From the sequence record MK268344.1: a stretch of 64,000 bases of DNA; one strand, 5' to 3'. Position 1 is the first letter of the stretch, and the number at the start of each line of letters is the position of its first letter. The notes below the pieces were generated by a model. The model saw nothing but the letters and a program-made list of their open reading frames with translations. It had not been told where the DNA came from and ran no database searches. Positions 58,021 through 64,000 of this stretch are shown here, one piece after another. A program made the translations under genes and the position numbers.

Positions 58021-58470
58021 ACAACTCAGTGTGGATGTGAAAGCATACAAATCAAACCTGATTCACTCGAAAATGTAGAGGACAGATGAGCAGACCACAC
58101 GTGCGAAGTGCAAATGAGACCCGTTAGGAGATGGCATAGTTAGTACCACCCACGGCAATGCGGCACTATAAACAAGCGTGTTAAGCAGATTGACGCTTGC
58201 TAGATAGACATATGAGGGACGACCTTACCACATTGCTAAGGGAGTTCAATTTAAGGCTGGCTTTAGATCCGTCTTGAATTTGAACAACATTAAGATTCGA
58301 TTGTATGGATTTTAATGTATGCGTACTAAGACTACGACCGTTGCACATGACCGTGATAGAGAGAAACAGAGCAACCCGCTTTCGTTCTGACTTGTTCAGA
58401 AATTCACGATACAATAATTCCGATGCTATCAGCGTCAAGCAATATTCAGATCCTTAATTGGGTCTTTTTT
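58021..58470 (+). ncRNA. Candidate large structured non-coding RNA
   Basis: Own promoter and terminator, no credible ORF, about 43% GC by hand count, multiple nested and long-range helices. Confidence 0.55.
58448..58470 (+). terminator. Terminator closing the candidate ncRNA
   Basis: agatcc-ttaatt-gggtct followed by T5. Confidence 0.65.
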
Positions 58471-58475
58471 ATTGT

Positions 58476-58660
58476 CTTCATTCCCCGATGGGGGGGATGA
58501 AATTGCCTCAACAAATCTCGTCAAGATATAAAAGTACAAATAATAAAATTCAATCATTAAAATGAATTGAAATTATGAATAACGAATGAAATGAGTTATT
58601 CATAATTGAAAATTCTTAGACAATCGAAGATTGGCTAATCAACATAAATGATTAGAAATT
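58476..58660. repeat. Cluster of inverted repeats in AT-rich DNA (candidate origin)
   Basis: C4/G7 hairpin at 58477-58501; perfect 13 bp IR at 58571-58583/58595-58607; further IRs at 58549-58571, 58621-58633 and 58635-58655. Confidence 0.6.
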
Positions 58661-58669
58661 TAGATACAA

Positions 58670-58700
58670 AAAAACCAGCAATAAATGCTGGTTAGTTTTT
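58670..58700. terminator. Terminator
   Basis: aaccagca-ataaa-tgctggtt with flanking A and T runs. Confidence 0.75.
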
Positions 58701-58907
58701 ATTTTCTTTTGAAACTTTTTTGTTATATGCACGAACCAGAAGATCCCTTTCATTTGTTGGCATATTAAGTAGCATCTCATAGGAAGTGTTAGTGATATAG
58801 ACAGATATTTCCATTAGAGCCGCTTTGATCTCTTTAACATTCAGTTCCATATCACTAAGCACTTGTCTTATTTCTTCTGGTTTGGCAATGAGAAGCTGAA
58901 TCCGAAA
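58692..58907 (-). CDS. Unannotated gp51-like ORF in the -1 frame of the gp26-like gene (probable frameshift extension)
   Basis: Open frame FRIQLLIAKPEEIRQVLSDMELNVKEIKAALMEISVYITNTSYEMLLNMPTNERDLLVRAYNKKVSKKIKN* starts at the slippery T TTT TTC. An internal ATG at 58850 lacks a clear RBS. Confidence 0.6.
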   Translation of the reverse strand, partial: FRIQLLIAKPEEIRQVLSDMELNVKEIKAALMEISVYITNTSYEMLLNMPTNERDLLVRAYNKKVSKENKN

Positions 58908-59743
58908 AAATTAGATGGATCATAACGTAGTTTGTCAATTTCCCATTGATGGTGACACTCAGAGCATTCAACATCCATTTTATGACTAATACCAATTTCT
59001 TGTAACTCATCTGAAGTTTCACGTACTTCTTTAAGTGTATTTTTTGGTAAAGAACTTACCCATTCCGTGATAAATTCATCTTCATTAACGATTTCACCAT
59101 CAGGGGTTTCAATTTTATCAATACTTTTAACAATCATGTCAAAGTTCAATTGTGTCATTGCTTCAAACACTTCAGCAAACATTTTCTTCTTCTCTTCAAG
59201 AATTTCTTCTTCATCACCTTCCATAAAGTCAATCATTTCTGCTTTCTTTTGTTCTTGAAACATACGTTGACCGAAATCACTGTATTCTTCCCAAGTATAA
59301 GGTTTAAAGTACACTTTAAGACCATTTGAAAGTTCAACTATTGGTTGTTTTTCAAAATATGTCATAGTGTCTAGAAGATTTTGTAGATTACGGTGGAACG
59401 CACCTTCATGACCACATTCAGGACAAGTAGTTTGAATTTCATAATCTTCTTCTTTGGAAGCTACTTTAATAGCGATCATTAATTGTTCTACGTCATTAAC
59501 AAAAAGTTTACCTGCGTCATTAACACCGGGAACACAGTTCTCAATAACTTTAATTATTGCATCACCACCAATTAGTGCATCTGGTGTATTAAGCATAATT
59601 TCATCACGTGCAGAACGTGCACATACTCCTAACTTAATACTTTCTAGTACTTCTTTATCGTACTTAATTACATTGTTACTTGAAAGTTTAACAAAGATTT
59701 CTTCAATCTTAGTATATTTCGATAGTGGGTTCATTTTACTCAT
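58868..59743 (-). CDS. gp26: Baseplate hub / tail assembly chaperone (T4 gp26-like)
   Basis: NPLSKY, DEIMLNTPDALIGG, DVEQLMIAIKVAS, CPECGH, CSECHH, and DPSNFF motifs. Confidence 0.75.
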   Translation of the reverse strand: MSKMNPLSKYTKIEEIFVKLSSNNVIKYDKEVLESIKLGVCARSARDEIMLNTPDALIGGDAIIKVIENCVPGVNDAGKLFVNDVEQLMIAIKVASKEEDYEIQTTCPECGHEGAFHRNLQNLLDTMTYFEKQPIVELSNGLKVYFKPYTWEEYSDFGQRMFQEQKKAEMIDFMEGDEEEILEEKKKMFAEVFEAMTQLNFDMIVKSIDKIETPDGEIVNEDEFITEWVSSLPKNTLKEVRETSDELQEIGISHKMDVECSECHHQWEIDKLRYDPSNFFGFSFSLPNQKK

Positions 59744-59778
59744 AAGGACTCCATATAATAAATAATTCTATATAATTT

Positions 59779-59786
59779 TATTTATA
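59779..59786 (-). promoter_or_regulatory. T4-type late promoter TATAAATA (divergent with + strand TAAATA at 59759)
   Basis: Exact consensus 36 nt upstream of the ATG at 59743. Confidence 0.6.
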
Positions 59787-59796
59787 AGGAATGTAT

Positions 59797-62025
59797 ATGG
59801 CAATTGATAACAGTTATGTCTTGACGCAAATACTTCAAGAACAAACAAAAGCAAATGACCATTTATCAACCATGCGTGAACTATTGGCAGATAGTTTAAA
59901 ATTACAACAGAAACAGTCCAAAAAAGGAAATAATGGCTCCGGTGATAACGGAAGTAGTGATGATTCTAGTGGAAGCGGTGGTGGTAGTGGTGGAGATAGA
60001 CGCCGAAGAGGTGGAAGACGAGATCCACAACCAAACTCTAAAAAACTATTTAAGCAATTATTCGGTGAAATGAAAAATTTCACAAGAACCACACTTGGTA
60101 ATAGTGCCACTTCATCAAACGTAGTAGGCTCTCTAGGGACTAGCTTAGGATCTTTGGGTAGTTCCCTTAAAATGATCCCCGGCCCCGTAGGAGCGGCAGC
60201 AACAGCGTTCACTGCTATTGTTGATGTTGGTATGAAAGTCTATGATTACATGAATGAACAACTTAACATGTATAACCAATTAAACAGTGCCGGGTTAACA
60301 CTTCGGGATGGTATGTTAACTGCTCGTGCTGCTTCATCTAAGTCTTTTATGAGTTTAAATGAATTTAACGAAGCAATTCAACGTAACAGTACAACAATTG
60401 CTGCTATGGATGGTCAATACGGTGATGGTGTTGTGCATTTTGCTGATTTAATGAATTCTGTACAACAATTACAGCAAGTTAATGGTCTTTATGGTGTATC
60501 CCAACAACAATTAGCAGACATTACGGCTAAAAACTTTAAATTCCAAAAACTATATGAATCACAGAACGCATTAAGAAGTATTAATCAGTCTCAAAGTACT
60601 TCAGAATTTGTAAACCAAATGACATATCTAAGTAAAACTGTTGGTAAATCAGTAGATGAATTATTAGGTAAATTTGATTCAATGGGCGAAACACTCGATA
60701 GTACAGTAACACAGTTTGCAATGACTGATAATTGGGGATTTGACCCAGATAAAGCCGCAGAAGTGACAAAAACTATGAATAGTGTATATTCGAGCATGGG
60801 TGAAACTGGACAGATTCTACAAAAAATTAATGCTTCTAGAATTTCATTATTCCAATTACCTGATGAATATAATAACCAGTTTATGCAAGGTTATGCAGAT
60901 ATGATGGAAAGTTTGCAACGATCTGGTGTTACTGATGCTAAAGTTGTTCGTGAAACAATGGCAAAATACGTCAAAGAGCATGAAGAACAATTGAGATTGG
61001 AATTAATTGCACAACAACGGTCTGGAAATGTTCAAGCAGCAGCACTATTAACTCAAATACGAAACCAAGAAAAATTATTCAATGATAGTAACACCACAAC
61101 CAATGCACAATTAGAACAGTACACAAATAATTTTAATATGTGGATTAGTAAAACATTTACTCAACCATTTAACGAAATGTATACTAAAATGCAGTTGGGA
61201 GCTATGAAGTACTTAAGTGACCTAGCTGATCGTTCAGATGGAGCTTTTGATTTTCTTGCTAATATTGTCAAAGATGGTTATATGTATTTTAATTCATCAA
61301 TGTCTGGTATGTTTGGTGTTTTATTGGATATCCCAGCAGAGTTGAGTAAAATAATTTTGGGTGACCAATATGATAAGATAAAAGGTGCTTTTGATAATAT
61401 GATGGGGGATATTATTCAAATTCCTGCCAGAATTGGTTCCCTAATATGGGATTGGTTAACTGGTAGTGATATGGATAAATCAAAAGAGCAACTTCAAGGT
61501 ACAATTCATAATGTATTTTCTGATTTTAATAATTTTTGGGACAAACTCTCCAATGTTAAATTAAACGCAGATGATATTAAGAAACGCATGAAGGATGTTT
61601 TCGATAGCGTTAAAAAATCTCTAACTGGATGGTGGGATACCGCTAAAAGTTGGTTCAGTAGTGATGATCCAATTCCAAAAGAGGCACAAAAACAAGGAAA
61701 AAACACTCCACCAACAGCGTTGATAAATACAAATGCTACACAGGCACAGCAAACAGTTGTTGCATCAAATAAACCGCAACAACCACCAGTACTAGCGGAA
61801 CCACCGCAGTCTAAGCCTGAACGTATTTCTGAAGAAGCTAAAAAATCCGAAGAGAAAAGCCAACAACCACAAGTACAAGCTCCATTATTCAATTATGATG
61901 AAGCTATGCTTGCTCAATTAAAAGCAATATCCAGTGCATTGGATGCAACTAATAGTGGCAATCAGCAAGTGGCACAGCTTCTTCGTCAAATTTCCGAAAA
62001 TACTGAAGTAGGAAGACAAACTTAA
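59797..62025 (+). CDS. Tape-measure-like protein
   Basis: Long helical A/Q/M-rich protein next to the tail chaperone; ..LLRQI.ENT C-terminus. AAGGA RBS favours ATG 59797. Confidence 0.55.
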   Translation: MAIDNSYVLTQILQEQTKANDHLSTMRELLADSLKLQQKQSKKGNNGSGDNGSSDDSSGSGGGSGGDRRRRGGRRDPQPNSKKLFKQLFGEMKNFTRTTLGNSATSSNVVGSLGTSLGSLGSSLKMIPGPVGAAATAFTAIVDVGMKVYDYMNEQLNMYNQLNSAGLTLRDGMLTARAASSKSFMSLNEFNEAIQRNSTTIAAMDGQYGDGVVHFADLMNSVQQLQQVNGLYGVSQQQLADITAKNFKFQKLYESQNALRSINQSQSTSEFVNQMTYLSKTVGKSVDELLGKFDSMGETLDSTVTQFAMTDNWGFDPDKAAEVTKTMNSVYSSMGETGQILQKINASRISLFQLPDEYNNQFMQGYADMMESLQRSGVTDAKVVRETMAKYVKEHEEQLRLELIAQQRSGNVQAAALLTQIRNQEKLFNDSNTTTNAQLEQYTNNFNMWISKTFTQPFNEMYTKMQLGAMKYLSDLADRSDGAFDFLANIVKDGYMYFNSSMSGMFGVLLDIPAELSKIILGDQYDKIKGAFDNMMGDIIQIPARIGSLIWDWLTGSDMDKSKEQLQGTIHNVFSDFNNFWDKLSNVKLNADDIKKRMKDVFDSVKKSLTGWWDTAKSWFSSDDPIPKEAQKQGKNTPPTALINTNATQAQQTVVASNKPQQPPVLAEPPQSKPERISEEAKKSEEKSQQPQVQAPLFNYDEAMLAQLKAISSALDATNSGNQQVAQLLRQISENTEVGRQT

Positions 62026-62041
62026 TTGGAGACTTATATTA

Positions 62042-63787
62042 ATGAGTTGGAGAAGACAGATGACAACTGCGAGGTCGAAAGTATCTACCTCCAGTATAGA
62101 ACAAAATAAAGCCAGTACTGCTAAAAGTACTGGTTCTAAATCTAACTATGCTTCGTACTTACCAGTTGTTTATACTGGTTTGTCAAACCGCACAGATAGA
62201 TATCGTCAATATGAACAAATGGATCAAGACCCTGAAATAAGAACATCACTAGATATTATTGCAGACTTTTGTACTCAAAGTACTGAAGATTTTGGTCTAC
62301 CATTTAAAATTAGATATAAAGATAAAATAGGTGATTCAGAAGTAACAACTTTAGAAGATCGTTTGGAATCGTGGGCTGAACAAAACGATTTTAAAACCAG
62401 AATTTATGAAATTGTTCGTGGTCTACTAAAATACGGAGATCAGTTCTTTGTACGTGACCCAGAAACAATGGAATGGATTTGGGTAAACCCTGCAAACGTT
62501 GAAGGTGTTTTTGTTAACGAAGAAACAGGTAAAAATCCAGTAGCTTATTTTATCCGGGATATTTCTTTTAATATGCGTGATAAAGTAATGTCAAACTTGC
62601 AAATTGGTTTTGATAAAATGGCATATCCGGGATCATTACCTAATGCATTGAGTGGTTCTGCTAGTCAATTCGGTGGAATGGGTGGTGGTTATGCTAATGC
62701 TGGTAATGCACAAAGTGCTGATCCGTTTAGTATGGCTGCTGGTCGTAAAGATGTTCTTCCTGTAGCGGCAGAACACGTAGTTCACCTAACACTAAATACA
62801 GGACAAGATCCAGTGTGGCCTTTTGGTACTAGTATTCTTGAATATGTCTTTAAAGTTTATAAACAAAAAGAACTTCTAGAAGATAGTATCATCATCTATC
62901 GTGTACAACGTGCTCCAGAACGCCGTGTATTTAAAATTGATGTTGGTGAAATGCAAACTCACCAAGCAATGGCATATGTTGAAAGATTTAAAAATGAAAT
63001 CCACCAGCGTCGTATACCTTCTAATAAAGGTGGTAGTACTTCATTGATGGATGCAGCTTATAACCCATTAAGTATTTTAGAAGACTATTTCTTCCCTCAA
63101 TCTTCGGAAGGTCGTGGTAGTTCAGTCGAAACTCTACCGGGTGGTGATAACTTGGGTCAAATTGATGACTTGCGTTATTTTAACAATAAATTGATTCGTG
63201 GTTTACAAATTCCAGCTTCATATCTACCACAGGGGCCAGATGATGGCGGGGTGGCTTTATTTGGAGATGGTGCAACCCAAGCAATGACCAGTGAATTGCG
63301 TTTTAACAACCAATGTATGCGTTATCAGCGTTTAATCGCCAAAGTTTTCGATATGGAATTTAAACGTTATATGGTTAAGAATGGTTATAGTATTAGTGCT
63401 TCATCTTTTGAAGTAATCTTTAACCCACCAATTAACTTCGCTTCATATCGTAAAGCAGAATTGGATGCAAAACTAATTAGTACTTACATGTCGCTAGACG
63501 GACTTCCATATATTGCTAAACAAACAATTCTCAAGAAAATGGGCTTTGAACAAAGTGATATTGTTGAGAACGAACAAAACTGGCTCATGGAAAATCCTGA
63601 TGCATTATCATCAGCACAGAGTGGTGAACAGGCAGGATTGAAATCGGTCGGAATCGATGCTCCTAATGATCCGGGAATGGATTTAGGTATGGATGAAGAA
63701 GGTAATATGGAAAGTGCTGATAAAGAATTCCAAGATATGGTTCAAAACGATGATTTTAACCCTAATAATTTAGGCAATTCTTTCTAA
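62042..63787 (+). CDS. gp20: Portal protein
   Basis: RYRQYEQMDQDPEI, LLEDSIIIYRVQRAPERRVFKIDVG, and EDYFFPQ..EGRGSSVETLPGG.NLGQIDDLRYF motifs. Confidence 0.95.
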   Translation: MSWRRQMTTARSKVSTSSIEQNKASTAKSTGSKSNYASYLPVVYTGLSNRTDRYRQYEQMDQDPEIRTSLDIIADFCTQSTEDFGLPFKIRYKDKIGDSEVTTLEDRLESWAEQNDFKTRIYEIVRGLLKYGDQFFVRDPETMEWIWVNPANVEGVFVNEETGKNPVAYFIRDISFNMRDKVMSNLQIGFDKMAYPGSLPNALSGSASQFGGMGGGYANAGNAQSADPFSMAAGRKDVLPVAAEHVVHLTLNTGQDPVWPFGTSILEYVFKVYKQKELLEDSIIIYRVQRAPERRVFKIDVGEMQTHQAMAYVERFKNEIHQRRIPSNKGGSTSLMDAAYNPLSILEDYFFPQSSEGRGSSVETLPGGDNLGQIDDLRYFNNKLIRGLQIPASYLPQGPDDGGVALFGDGATQAMTSELRFNNQCMRYQRLIAKVFDMEFKRYMVKNGYSISASSFEVIFNPPINFASYRKAELDAKLISTYMSLDGLPYIAKQTILKKMGFEQSDIVENEQNWLMENPDALSSAQSGEQAGLKSVGIDAPNDPGMDLGMDEEGNMESADKEFQDMVQNDDFNPNNLGNSF

Positions 63788-63846
63788 GACTAAATAACAA
63801 TGATGAGTTCACTTCGACTAAGAAGTGAACACATTAGGAGATGTAT

Positions 63847-64000
63847 ATGTTAAATGAACTTTTTGAATCTAGAAATGATTCAATGTACGATCCAGAAGAT
63901 GATCAAACTGTGTATAAGCTAACTGATACACGTAAACCAAAATTAACTTTAAAAGTACTAAACAATTTACGAAAGTATCGTGAATTTAAAGCTAATGAAG
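63847..64000 (+). CDS. Hypothetical protein, truncated by the window end
   Basis: AGGAG RBS; reads MLNELFESRNDSMYDPEDDQTVYKLTDTRKPKLTLKVLNNLRKYREFKANE. Confidence 0.7.
   Translation, partial: MLNELFESRNDSMYDPEDDQTVYKLTDTRKPKLTLKVLNNLRKYREFKANE

Noticed and set aside
58181-58438. 85 aa minus-strand ORF in the non-coding gap
   Set aside because: No RBS, atypical composition and codon usage, and antisense to a promoter/terminator-bounded + strand unit.
58021-58520. Identification of the candidate RNA as RNase P RNA, tmRNA or a group I intron
   Set aside because: gctagatag and acagagcaacccgctt loosely recall RNase P, but the GAGGAAAGUCC half of P4 is absent. aagactac and aagatata recall group I R/S elements, but the P7 partner (UAGUC) is missing and no gene is interrupted. 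No tRNA-like ends for tmRNA.
61536-61546. Sixth TTGGGACAAA inside the tape-measure-like gene
   Set aside because: No downstream TGTGATATAAT; it simply encodes FWDK.

Overview
This 64 kb window is part of a large, AT-rich, T4-related (jumbo) myovirus genome. It is not a bacterial chromosome. Most of it is the virion morphogenesis region: the end of the tail sheath gene, two tail tube paralogues, head completion, neck and tail terminator, very large baseplate wedge and hub genes, long fibre and collagen-like genes, two lysozyme domains, a tape-measure-like gene and the portal. Interspersed are genes preceded by one shared phage-specific promoter (TTGGGACAAA-N9/10-TGTGATATAAT, 5 copies): a MoxR AAA+ / metallopeptidase-VWA pair, a ClpA-like ATPase, and the gp55-like late sigma factor upstream of the gp47/gp46 recombination nuclease. 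Also present are thyA, a Nudix hydrolase, a SLOG-like protein, endonuclease VII and a Zn-ribbon-repeat endonuclease. The most unusual items are: (1) a promoter- and terminator-bounded, GC-enriched, highly structured ~450 nt non-coding segment at ~58020-58470, followed by a G7 hairpin and an AT-rich palindrome array (candidate new large ncRNA and/or R-loop origin); (2) a probable -1 programmed frameshift fusing the gp26-like chaperone to an unannotated gp51-like ORF; (3) a ClpA lacking the IGL ClpP-docking motif; (4) a 38-aa ORF isolated between two terminators. No tRNA, rRNA, CRISPR array or IS element was recognised. Product names come from motif recognition by eye; no database searches were run. 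One error in the supplied ORF track was found: 2853..3323 is on the + strand.
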